Made by a program: the position numbers and the translations under genes
Assembly: GCA_002189035.1 (NCBI GenBank)
Contig: NEEC01000019.1
Span: 930,001 to 994,000 of the forward strand
Reading direction: 5' to 3'
Origin: Utricularia gibba
Taxonomy: Eukaryota > Plantae > Magnoliophyta
DNA: 64,000 bases
The notes under the pieces: generated by a model
What the model was told of the DNA's origin: nothing
What the model saw: the letters and a program-made list of their open reading frames with translations, nothing else
Database searches by the model: none
Shown here: positions 50,954-63,700 of the stretch, in pieces
Layout: every line of letters starts with the position of its first letter
How positions within the stretch are numbered: the first letter of the stretch is position 1

Positions 50954-53876
50954 TCATAGAGCTATATCGAGCAAGCAGTCCCTCATGTGGCTGAATCCGG
51001 GGAGCATCGGAGCCCGGGGACCCAATTCACCGACGACTTCATCGCCGTACACCATTACATCGTCACGCTTCCTCTTGCTGATGGCCTCACCGTCGACCAC
51101 CGGAAACCCGAAGAGTCTGAAACTATCTCCGGCGAAGGGCCGGGTTCGAGAAGAAATGATCTGGTCCGGAGCTTCCCTCGCATCTGCGGCTCCTGCTCCA
51201 CTTGGAGGTTTTCTGTAGCAACCAGTAGCTTCATCGCTTGAACACACCATCGGTAGTCTCTGAGATGCCTCCTGTCTCCAGCTCTCAAGCTTGCTCTTGT
51301 AGCCATAAAACAGAGGCGGAGGTGACGCCGATGGCTGCTGCAATACGAGCACCGACGAAGGCGATGACCCGTGTGCGGCATTGTACACTGCGGAGAGGGG
51401 AGATGACGACCAGCTAGCTCTTCCATGCCTCGATGCTGGTTCCTGAACTCTACCAAAGAACTGGAGAGGTGTCGTTTCTTGACCTTGCAAGACCTGATGA
51501 TATCGAATGGATTCATCCAGCAGCAGGCTGCTCTCCGCGATGGGATGACCTTCCGAGCTCTCTACACCGGGAAAGCTCGAACAGAACAGATACGGACCTC
51601 TGAATCCGAACACTTCTTGACCTTGCAAGACCTCCTGAAACCTCAACGGCTCCTGAATGTCTGAAACTCCATTCCCATCTGCAACAACCAGAAACCCAGT
51701 TCGTGAGATCGGAAGCTCCATTGGGGTTGCTAAGACGCGTTGAAAACCTGGAAGATCTGATTGTGCAGCAGGGAGCTCGATGCGACTTCGTTTCGCACCA
51801 GGGAAAACAGAGGAATTCGGCTGTCCACCAAGAGTCCCCGTAAGTTCTATCTCCCATGGCGACACTCGGGCGACTCGATTCGCATCCATGTCATCCCATC
51901 TCACCTGCAAATGATCACTCAAAGCATGCGCACAAGGACTTGAAGTTTCAGTGCACAGATGCTACTCACCAGCAAGCATTTCCACTTTGAAGAAGGCCAT
52001 CTCGATGGATCCACATCGCTGACCCGGATAACTACACCAGTGCTCCTGGAATGATCAAAACCAAATGAGCTGAGGTGAACACAGTGGATCAGTAACCGGA
52101 GATGACAAGGGAAACCTTCTTTCAGATGATTCCTCCGTCTCGCAGCGCAGTTTGAATCTCATCCCACAGGAATATGGCTGCATGAGGCTCTTCGAGAACT
52201 TGGCATACGGTACAATGATCTCAGACGAATGAGCCCTGCGTCTCAACAAGGGGTGTCATCACAATGGTAGTTCTACGAACAGGATAGTGATGATGAAGTA
52301 GAAAAATTCAAACCTTGGATTGTAGCAAATGTCAAAACTTGTTCGCAGGGAGATGGCGTTCACAACAGCTGCAATACTGCTGTTCAGATGAGGGTTCAAG
52401 GGACGGACAGGAGCAGGAGTTTTGAGATGCAGAGCCCTCCTGACGCCAAGCCTTAGTTCACCATCTTCGCCTCTGCAAAAAGCATAAAATGCCGGTATTC
52501 AGCTTCTATATCATGTCCAGAAACCTTCAAAGGGTTCCTGAACACTTCAAAGTGTACCAACCTCAAAAAGAGCACTGCATCTCCAGACACCAGTTTCTTT
52601 GCGTTCACAAAGGCACTCCAACCCGTAGTCAGCAGATGTCTTCGCGGCTGACCTGATCAATGACAACGAAATAGCATTAGAGATACTTGTGCCCACCTGG
52701 AGATTGAAAATAAAGAGATTTACCTCTGTAAATATGCCGGAATTTCCACTCAGTTCCGTGTAAATCTTTAGCAAAAAGTTCTTGTGAAGGTCTTTGTTGT
52801 TTGTAATCCTACAACAAAAAGAAGGGAACTTCATGAGGGGTGTACTATTATTTGCAGATAAAACAATGCTATCACACGATTCCATATACCAGAGGAGGAA
52901 AGCAGTCTTCAGCAGCACGACGAGGCACAGAAAAGCCACCGTGTGTACTAGTATCAGATGCTGTGAGTGTTTTGCAGAACATATGGGGGATTATAGTCTT
53001 AGCAGTGGCATCAGAATCATCATCAGCTTCATTTTCTAGTATCCCATCCCTAAACTCATGCTCAATCTGCAAGATTTTCTCATATCAAAACTACATATCT
53101 CACCGGAATAACCTAGAGAAAATCCATCTACCTAAAAGGCACTTGCTACTATTGTTACGAAGACTGTTTTTGATAGCACAGACACATGTTTATGGTACCA
53201 AAAACAATGCTTTCGCAGTAGGTTCTTATACAAACTCACGAGCAGAAAACTAGAACCAAAACTGATCACTCAAGTTTTGGACGAAATGGCTGTATTCATT
53301 GAAATACTGTGCAAAATGAGTTCCGGTCGTAATATTCTCGAAAACCCAGAAAAGCTTGAGGAACAAAGTTGCTTAAAGAATAAAATATTTGCCTCTTTCA
53401 ATGCTTAAACCCGCCGTCATTACAAAATAAAAAACTCGTCATACCAGCTGGTCGGGAATCAGAGAAACTTGTGCGAAAACCTCGTCGGTGCCGGATTCCA
53501 CCTAACAAAAGGGGAAAAAGATCGCAGATTTACTCAACAAACCCACGAACGAACAACAATATTCAACGCCAGAGACCCAGATACCTACATGAAGCTTGAC
53601 GTCGACGACGCGACAGAAAACATGAGGCGGAAGATCATAAACGACGGCAGAGTGCTCTGGCAGAAGCTCAACGTGACCCTGCGGAAAATAAACAACAGCG
53701 GTTCCTTTCTTGGGCAGAGAAATCAACGGCCCAGCGCAAGCGTGCCACAGCTCCATACACACCTCCGCCGTCGATTCCAATTTCCTAGAAGCCAGAAACG
53801 ACGCCGGGGAAGAAGAAAGCGACTCCTCCTCATCTTCATTGTTAACAATGTTCAAATCGATTAGCCCACACATCAT
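50954..53876 (-). CDS. ARF3: Auxin response factor 3 / ETTIN (B3 + ARF domain, no PB1 domain)
   Basis: [76 protein letters not shown], two tasiR-ARF sites, RLFGF motif, and ends RDCLLDIAL. Confidence 0.95.
51476..51496 (-). promoter_or_regulatory. TAS3 tasiR-ARF target site 2 in ARF3 CDS
   Basis: + strand reads TTCTTGACCTTGCAAGACCTG, i.e. nearly the tasiR-ARF sequence UUCUUGACCUUGUAAGACCUU. Confidence 0.92.
51614..51634 (-). promoter_or_regulatory. TAS3 tasiR-ARF target site 1 in ARF3 CDS
   Basis: + strand reads TTCTTGACCTTGCAAGACCTC. Confidence 0.92.
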
Positions 53877-54087
53877 ATCTCGCACGCCTTAAACTCTCGA
53901 AAAATCACATGGAGAACTCGAAACCCAGATGGGAAAAATTGACAACTTCCCAAATAAAAACAACTCTCCACCCGGTAGTCAAATTAAACACAACACGGAA
54001 GGAGTCGCGGAGGAGCGTGAGACAGAAAAACGGAGAAAGAGCAGGCAAAACTTTAAAAGCGATCAGCTTTAAACCCGGGCTCGCTTT

Positions 54088-54138
54088 TCACCCCTGCAGA
54101 TGAAACCAGAGTTTATTTATTCCATATTTAAACTGCAT
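54088..54138 (-). other. Candidate upstream ORF (MQFKYGINKLWFHLQG*) in ARF3 leader
   Basis: ATG..TGA 16-codon ORF about 210 nt upstream of the ARF3 start. ETT leaders are known to carry uORFs; the TSS is not known. Confidence 0.45.
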
Positions 54139-55908
54139 CCGTACCCATCTTCTTTCTCCTAGAATTTTTTCTTATTACATACAAGTAAAAGTAATGGTCT
54201 TGACTACTTCCTGACACCTACGACAGAAGAAGATACCCCCCATCTATCTCTCTACCCATCCACCCATCCATCTCCTCCCTTCTTCAAAATCCTCAACGAA
54301 GAATCCCAAACCCATTTACACATCCGAAGGATAAGGCCCAGCGACGCAGAGCAGCAGCCTGCTGCAAATTTTAGCGGCAGCGTCGCAGCTGCGCAAACAG
54401 CTACTTCTGCGCGAGATAAAGGAAAAAGTATATTTCGAGATTTGGCGAGGTGCCCAAAAGCCTTCGCATACACACATATGGACAGTCCTCGCCTTAAATA
54501 CGCGAGTTCAACAGACTCTCGTCCACCTGCTCCGGGAGGAAGGAGACGACAGATCCTACAAAACACAAAAAGAAAAACACTTATTTATTTTTATTTTTAC
54601 AAAATAATTAAAAAATACGAGTCCCTGTGGTACCAAACCTAACTGTTGTTATGTACTAAACACAACGCTAATTACGCTGGATTAATTACTCCAAGGTTGT
54701 TAGTCTCCTAATCCCCCCTAATCACGAAGGTCGATAGATACAATGCATGTATAGGGTGCACATGTACATGTACATGCGATTGGTCAGTGGGTAAAGTGGC
54801 ACGTGGGGGCCCTGGGAGTCCGCGCCCCTTCATTTGCGGGGGTGAGGAGGGGTATGGGGGTCATTTAATTTGCGAAATGACATAAAAGTATCTTTTTAAT
54901 TATTAATTTTTCATTTTATATATGATAAAGAAAAGTAATGTTGTCGTTATTCAAAATAACCCAAAAAAAATCAAGTGTGTCATATGGATTTTAGTTGAAT
55001 TTCATTTAAAAATATTTTTCAATAAAATGGAAGTTAGGTGTCTTCCATTTGTCAAAATAATAAATACTTCTTTGAACTACAAGTCACTCAAATAAAACTA
55101 TTTCTTAAGTATTTTTTTAATTATGTGAATATTTATGTCATAACTCACACTCAACTTATCCAATATAGTTTAATTTAGATATTCAATACTTGTGATTTTA
55201 AGGTGTTCGTTTCTACAAAAAACCTTATATAAGATTTAGAGAATTTTTCTATTCAAGCACATACATTTAATAGTTTGTAACTATTGTGAGATATTGTCAT
55301 CAGGTTCTTTGTCTTAAATTATTCCTTAGCCATTTAACATCTTTGTTAAACACTTTATCCCCCCATTAGCACATATTCATATTTAGTTTTGATATCAAAT
55401 ATCATGATATAAACTGTTTCTATACAATATTTTTTTATATTAGGTATTCAATCATCATAGTTTTATAATACTATTTTTCGGATAAAATGTATCATATAAT
55501 ATTAGAATTTTTATTTTATTTAATCAAATAATTTCTTTATCTGCAACCAATTTGAGGTACTATCATTGAATATTTTATATTATATTTCATCTATTTACAA
55601 ATAATTCAAATACATTATTAATTAAACTATTAGAATCTTGTAATTATAATATTATGTAGATGTGATTGTGACAATCGAACTTAGTATAAAAATAATTGAA
55701 TATCATGAAACTTATAGTTAAATTTTAATATTAAAATATTTTATTTCCAAACAAAGGGGGTCAGTGTGTATTGGAAGAGAACTGAGAAAATCAGGATTAG
55801 GGTTAACAATTAGGAACGAAGCAGAGGAGAAGCAGTTTAATTCCTGAATTAGAAAAACGCCTACACATTACTATGGGGTCTGATCTGCAGTCGCCGCAGG
55901 AGCTCTGG

Positions 55909-56178
55909 CTATTTGGAGTTGTTAGTTTTCGAGGAGCAGTAACGGCGGCAGTTCTCGAGGTGGCGCACGACCTTCTTGTGGAAATTCCGGTGACAGCTAC
56001 AGGCCGCGCATCTCAGGGCCGCCCCGCTCCCTTCCTCTCCCGATGGCATAAATTCGCAGCACCCGTCCACCGCGTACTTTCCGATACTCGCCGCGTGATT
56101 CTTTCGGCACTCCTCATACGTCACTTCCCTCTCATGATCCTTCCAGTACGCCCTCTCCTTCCGCGGCGCTGGATTCAT
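55909..56178 (-). CDS. MIF2: Mini zinc finger protein (ZF-HD dimerisation domain only), 89 aa, intronless
   Basis: [46 protein letters not shown] with no homeodomain. Paralog number (MIF1/2/3) is uncertain. Confidence 0.88.
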   Translation of the reverse strand: MNPAPRKERAYWKDHEREVTYEECRKNHAASIGKYAVDGCCEFMPSGEEGSGAALRCAACSCHRNFHKKVVRHLENCRRYCSSKTNNSK

Positions 56179-59100
56179 CCTCCACCGCTCGCGTAAGCCG
56201 GAAAGTAGATCTCAAAACCGTGCGATTCGATTTCGACACATTCGTGAAATTGGGGATTATTTAGAGAAGATGATTATGTGGTAGTTGGTTGGTTGGTGGA
56301 CCGCCGTAGGGCGCTGTAGGTGCCGGATTCGGCCGTATTTTACACTGATTTATCGCCGGCGTTCGTAGTTCGGTGCAATCAAACGTTAGGGCTCAATAAT
56401 GGATGCTGTTCATTATTATTCCTTGTGCAGGGGAACCCAATCCCCACCGTTGGATCATCCATGAATTATTTTTTTCCTTTGTAATAAACAAAGAATATTA
56501 TTCCACCCAGCAGACCGGCATACTGTTACCGGTCCAAACCGGAGGTTTCAATTTATGTTGAAAAAGAAACACCTACTGAATAGAATAGCATGCCATGTGT
56601 CTACCATGTCGACATGCCTGTCTCCAGTACTTTGGTTACACTTATGGCTAATGAGCATTATTAATCAATAGCCTAATCATCTCACCATCATGATGTTACA
56701 CGTCATAACACACCATTACACCAATCCTTTTATTACAAAGATTCCTTGTTATCAAACTCATCATCTCTCCCTTGACGTGAGTTCTTTTCTATGTCGGTAT
56801 TGAATACCATGATATCCTCATGCAACACAAACACAAAACTACCCTATAAAGTAATTCATAAAATAGGATGGATATTTTTAATTAAGATAAAATTGTAAAA
56901 AAAAATCAAATTTCATTCAATTTAAAGAGTATAATCTAAAGTTTTAAAATTGAAAAAAAAATAATTTAAGTTGTCATAACTGCATAAAAAAGACTTCAAA
57001 AGTTTTCAAATTTTTAAAAATTGAATTGATTCACAACATTGTGAACCGATTGTGAATTCAAATTCAACAAAATTTCATACTAATGTTTCTCATATTTGTG
57101 TCTAAAATTTGGTGAATTGAATAATATTTTTGTTAGAGTTACATCGCATCCTTATAATGTTTGAGGTTCCATGAAAGTAATTTTTATTGGTCTCTTATGG
57201 ATGATGTACTATTATAATGGTATTAGAGTTAAAATTGATTAATTTTAATAACATAAAAAATTAAATATATAATTTTATAAGTTCAATAACAAACTATTTA
57301 ATATTTACAAAAAAACAAGATTTATAATGCAATTTTAAAATTTGAAGTTTATATTTATACATAGTATAACTTGAAATGTCACGACAAGATTTATCATTTT
57401 ATTATATATGATATTATGCATTTTGAAATTTTTATAAAAAATGTTATGTTATATTTTAAAAAAATATCTTATTCTAGTTGTATGTGATTATTTAATATAA
57501 TTTATTGGGATTAAGATCCGGCAGGGACCTACAGAATAGGGGTGAAGAATATGTTGGACACGGGGACACGGGTGGTGTGTCTCTAAGACGATGTGGTCGG
57601 ACTCGTGTAGGGTATGGCGTGGTAGGGCTGGGCTGGTGTGGTGCAGCGGGAACCGAGAGTAGTAAAAAGGAGGAGGCAGTGTTTAGGTTATTTTACAAGA
57701 TGGTCCCCGCCTCTACCTGTTTTTATACTTTTCTCCCGCTTGTTTCGGACATGAAATTATTTATTTGCATTTCCGACATTATTAACCTCCATAATTTCGG
57801 CTAAGCCCCGGCCCTAGCACATGCACCCACCCCACACACTTGACCCATGTCGTTAGACAATGTTTTTTCTTTCTTTCTGGTCATTGTCATCTTCTATGTC
57901 ATGTAATGGTATGTTCTTGTCTTGTTTTCGCAATCTACGTAATAATCCACATGTTTTTTTTCATCAATAATTTTATTTAATTACGAGTAATTTCTTATGA
58001 AAATTACCAGTAATTAATATTTTAATAGAATATTGGAAACAGGATTAATATTTTAATAATAGTGTAAAATAATCCCAAATTTGGGGGAATTGATTGGTAA
58101 CTTAGCAATCCCTACAATGAGGAAGGGCAAAGAAGTAATTTCACAACGTAGGGCATTCAATTGCGAGGCGCCCATGGGGAGAGGTACGGACACGGGAAAA
58201 GGTGAAAAAGAGGAAAAAAAAAACTGAAAATCCAAAGGAAAATAAATAAACTCCAGTTAATGTAATAACTGACACCGACGACTGGGTAAGCGGGCGGCTC
58301 GGCTTATTCCAGCTTTCCAGTTTCCGCAGACGCCCTCGACTTTTTTCGCGGGGCTACCTGTCACCCACCACCCCATCCCCACGCGCGCTCCTTGCGCGTC
58401 GCCGAACACCTCTCCTTTCACCCCCAAAATAGGGCATCCATTTTTGGGCCGATTTGGTCTCTTCGTTGGGCTTTCTATTTGAGCCTATGATGAAGTTTTC
58501 TGGCCCATATTTCCATTTAAAGAAACTTTTGAAAAAAACTAATTACAATCTAAATTAATAATGTATTTAAATTATTTGTACCGTTTAGTATTAAGGTTAT
58601 TATGTTTAGTAGATTAATTTATAATAAATGAAAAAAATTCAAACTCCAAATCTCGTAATATAAAAGTTTGATAATATGATTTGAAGAATGGTATAAAAAT
58701 TCGAGAGTACATATTACTTAACATATGAATATCTAGAAGCATAAACAAAACAAAATGACAAGAATACTATATTGTTTGATTATGAAGTATTAATATATTT
58801 AAGTATAATATAAGTATATATATATATAATCAATTATAAGATATATAACAAATTATATGTTTGATATATAAGAACAGAAATCTGAAGTATGGATGTAATT
58901 AATTAATCAAAACCAACAAGTTATATGTTTGATGCTAAAAAAATCAGTATATGAGTGACATAGTAATACATGGTTTATATATATATATATATATTAATCA
59001 AATAATGATTTATGTGTAAATTTAAGTATAAATCTTATATTCTAAATAATAAAACTTGATAAATGGGGTAGACCTGCATTTGGGGAATCAAACTTAAATG

Positions 59101-59568
59101 ATGATAAAAAAGAAAGTCAGTCAAAAGCTGTGATCTGTAGTGTGAATGAGACAATCAAAACCAGCATTTGCTGAGGTATTTCCCACCCTTTGAGAATCTT
59201 TTTCTTTCGAAATGTTGGAGCGTCGGGCGCGATTAGCAGCATTCAACATGGATTCATCAGCATGCATTAACTACACCCAGTTTACTGCTGCTTTTCACTC
59301 TGATAAAACCACACCAACCAACACAACGAACAACCCAATCTCGATCCCGCCTGCACAGCACACCCCCGCTCCTGCTCCTGCTGTCTGGATTCTCCCCTTT
59401 TTCTCTTTTTGTGAAGCGGGTACGTGGCTGATCATCGTCTTTTGTGTATTCTGATTGTTTGCTGGTTCCAGGGGGTCTGGATTCAGACCCAGTTACGTGG
59501 CGCATGTTGCTACAAAAGAGAAATCTTGGATTAACTGAACTAACCGCTCTGTGAATCGGGGGATCAGG

Positions 59569-60509
59569 ATGGAGAGGAACAACAACAAGGGGAAGGGGAA
59601 GGAGAAGGAGAAGGAGAAGGGTGGTGGATCGCATAGCAGAAACGAAGGAGGGGATATTGATCTCACCCTCTCGTTGGGGCACCGCAGGGGGGACAAGAAA
59701 CCCGACGCGGAAAACGGAAGTAACTCCGGTGATAACTCCGGCGCCGGGATCCCGGCTGTTCCGTTACGGTGCCATTCTTCTCCGCGCACTCGCTCCCCCA
59801 TGGATAAGGCACGGTCATGATTATACTTGAAAAGAAGTGATTGCGTCAGCTCCCCAATGGCATGCATAATTCATTAATAATATTATTTATCGTGAGAAAA
59901 TTCTTTTTTTTTAATTACAAAATTGAAAAAAAAATTATTTTCTAGGGGAAATGTGTTGCCGATAAAGGAGGTTCCGGCAGCGGCGGCGCCGGCAACTATT
60001 ACAAGAACGTTCATCATATGAACTGTTCTTCCTCCGCCGCTCCTCCGCCGGGTCTAATGGTATTTCATCTATTTTCATTCACAGTGTGATCAATTAAGAA
60101 AATGCATTCGCTGTTTCATTTTCGTTAGTGCAACTACTATGGCAACTACGGTTCTGTGCATGGGGTGGCGTCACCGGTGCCGATGAGCACATACGCCGGG
60201 GCCTACAATTTTATCACGGCTGCTGCTCGTCACAACTACTTCGTCTCTATGAGTCCGATGATGAGACGGAACCCCGACGACATGAGGATCTGCCGCCACT
60301 GCGGGACGGTAGATACGCCGCTGTGGCGCAAGGGCCCCGACGGGCGCCAGGTTGATCGCAGTTTACTTTTAAAATCAACATGATCGAGAAGATAAGTCAT
60401 CTGGTGATTGCTTATCTGTTGGCAGACTCTGTGCAACGCATGTGGGTTGAAGCACCTCCGATCTGCGAAGAAGGACACAGCAGAATCCGCCTACAAGAGG
60501 AAGGACTGA
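59569..60509 (+). CDS. GATA zinc-finger transcription factor with N-terminal EAR-like motif (GATA29-like), 219 aa; exons 59569-59808, 59946-60059, 60129-60350, 60426-60509
   Basis: C-x2-C-x18-C-x2-C finger CRHCGTVDTPLWRKGPDGRQ/TLCNACGLK split by an intron; DIDLTLSLG motif. The first intron must be GC-AG to keep frame. Confidence 0.8.
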
Positions 60510-60728
60510 GCAGAAGACACCATTTCTTACAAGTTTAGAATTTAGCATGCTTGTGTTTTCCTGTCTGTCCAGAACATGGAACTGCAAAACTCTGCATTGT
60601 TTCTACTCATACAAGAGTCATGTAATATGAGACAATGAGTCCGTATGTGAGTATGAGAATGAGTGCAAATACAGGCAATGCGAAACAGGAGCAGAGTTTG
60701 CTCTTACTTTCTTGTCTTCAACCACAAC

Positions 60729-63700
60729 CTAAACCACAGTATCTGTATCTGAAGCTGCCAATGCAGTTCCAGATTTGGATGCTTTGCTCTCGATACAGAG
60801 GATTTCGTTGTTTATTTCATCTGCTGTTAGCTCAAGAGAAGGGAGCTTCACGCCTAAGCTCATCAATTCGGAAATTCGGCGCAAACATGACACGTATTCA
60901 GCTTTCACCAGGGGATGGTTGTATGTGGATTCTTCAGTGAGCTGCAGAGAAGAGATTCAGGCATTTTTCTCTCATCATCCGAAACCACGCTATAAATTTG
61001 CATTTTTTGAATGTGGGAGGCTTCCTATACATCAATATGTATACCTTGTAAGAAGAAAAGCATTGCTTAATAGCAGCGTCAGCTTCTGCAGGATTGTACT
61101 GCTGTTCACAGAAGAAAGCAGTGTAGCAACCAACACTAAATTTAGTGGTTTCAAAATCATGAAAACAAAGAGAAAGGAACATGGATAAACATTTGCATAC
61201 GACATTTTTCATTGCATTCTCAGTTCAAACTAAGAACCAGCAAAGTCAGTATCAGCCATCACTTGCCATATCAGAAAAGTCGTATACAACAGAAGTTTCT
61301 GATCTTATATGAACTTGGCTGAACTTGGTGGAATCATGAGGGGTTTCGATTCTCACACTAAAATAATATTTTGATAGATGAAAGAAAACTGTAAGTGGTA
61401 AATGGAAAAATACCAACCCTTGGGCCTAAAATTCTCAGCTTCATAATCTCTAGGGAAACAAGAACTTCCAGTGACTGTAGCTGCAAACAAAGCATTATCA
61501 GTAAATTAAATAATCCCTTCTTATGTCCAGCAATCAGATTTCAGAGCAAATATCATTGAGAATCTTCACAATCTAGAGCAGAGTTGAATGAAAATGCTAC
61601 GTTAATCCATTGGATGAATCCATGCACATGCTATGTTAATTTTGATTCCATAAAATAATGACACAAAGTAAGATGAAATGACTCTGTTACTGTATGCTGA
61701 ATCCCATGATAAATTCAACAAAAGAAGAGGTAAGCAAACAAACAAGTGTTAACACTGCTTGAAGCATGTCTCTTCTAGCTTTTCCAGGAGCTCCGCTGTA
61801 TTCCTTCTTTCCTTTAAGTTCTGAAGAGGGATCAATATTTTTCTGGGATATCCTGACCAAGGGTACTATGAGGTATTAAACACAAACATAGATTAAGATC
61901 TTTGCTCCTTAAATTTGATTATGAGTGTTAGAATAAGAAAAGATGGAGATGAAGTGATCTGGATCATAAGGATAACGACAATTAAAACACTGATAGTTCT
62001 TTCACCAGGTAGGCATCTTCCAACAGAATGAGGATTTAACATTAAGTGCTTGTGAAATGCGGAAAACATGATTCAGTTGATAGAATAAGCATCCTGGTGT
62101 TAATAGGTTGGCGGAGACTCTTCCCTATTGCCTAACGTTCTCAACAAAATTAATCACAGGCGATTAGAAAAGAGAGGTTTGATCACCAGAGAATAAGCTT
62201 TTAACGGTAGGCCATTCCAGTAAAAAAGCCATGTATGCATAGTGTTCGTGTGATTGTTTTTAAGACCCAGATCTTACACTAGAGAAAAAAAAAATCACGT
62301 GATAGACAAAGGTTTCCAATAGAATGACTGCATCAGGATCAAATGAAAAATTGCAGAAAACAAGCACTTTAAGGAATTTGATGGCAGAAAGTCAACAGGG
62401 TTTAACCTTATTGATGTCTGTAAAAGCCTTTTAGCCATATCAAGTTCATCCATAGCTTTAGAGCTATCTGTCTTAATCAGCTCATTTATGATTTGCCGTT
62501 TACCCTTGGCAATGAAAAACCTAGTTGCAGCATTCTGCAAAGAGTAATGGTGATGATTACAATATTCACCTGATATCACATAATCAAAGAATAGTAACAC
62601 AAGAAAAAGTACACTGAACCTGAATATGCTGATTAGGAAGAAGGCCTTTACGAGCATCGAGGCATCTGCAGAACAGAAAAACTGTTCTTCCTTAAACAAT
62701 AACTGGTTTTCTTCCTCAAAAGCACTTATTTTCTACCTCTCTAAGAGTTCTTCAGCTTCCTTGAATTTCCCTGACGCTTGAATAGCTAGTGCCAGTTGTT
62801 CAGCTGCAATATTAGTATCCATTGATCTCCACCCCTATATTGTAAAGTAATATTAAAACAATTGAAATGTAGAGGTGGAAACCAACTATTCAGTGTATAT
62901 TCAGCATCGATTCAGGTGTTGGGAAGATTTCTAAAATAAATTAAAAATGATGATAGAAAAGTAAACCTTTGACAATTCCAAAATATGGAGAACCTTCCTG
63001 AGCAAGATCTCAGCCTGAGTAAATTTTTTGGTCCTAATGTACATCTGCATCCAGTAGAGTCACATTACAAGCTATTTAGGCACATCTGCTGATAGTTGTT
63101 CTCAGCCCCCATCAAAAGACACCAACAAAAGAAACACTCACAACATTAGAACCTAAAATTAATCAAATTCATGATAGTTGATATAGATGTTATTTCCTTT
63201 CCACTGCTTCCATTTCCACGTGCAAGTTTCTCGTACTCCCTATAACGTTCCCTTCATCTAAATAAACCCTTTTTTGCTTGACATGTAAGGCCTCTTATAA
63301 GCTAAAGAATAAAAATTATTATAAATTGCAAAAGGATAAACCTGACTCAGATATCTCATTCTTTTGACACATAACATAATTTCTCCTTGTCCTGCATCCT
63401 ACACTTCAAAGAAACGGAGTCATGGTGAAGTTGATTGCTTGACATGTCTGGCAGGTTAGAACTCGAATGAGCAACTCAATTAGTTTGATCACTTGACTGA
63501 TTTTTAAAAACAATAAATTGATTTTAATATATTTCGAAGCACCTCAAGTATACGAATGGAATTGAGAAGTAGATCCTCAGCTTCCTCAACATGCCCTTGG
63601 AGATTCAAAACCTGTAAATTTTGGGTTAGGCAAGAGGAACAAGTAGCAATAAATGGCCTCAAAAAACAAGGACCAATTAGATATCCACTCGTGATAGATG

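Noticed and set aside
9435-60509. Functional cluster of phase-change/floral regulators (SPL, FES1, RLT1, ETT, MIF, GATA)
   Set aside because: Explained by ancestral synteny; no shared cis-structure supports co-regulation.
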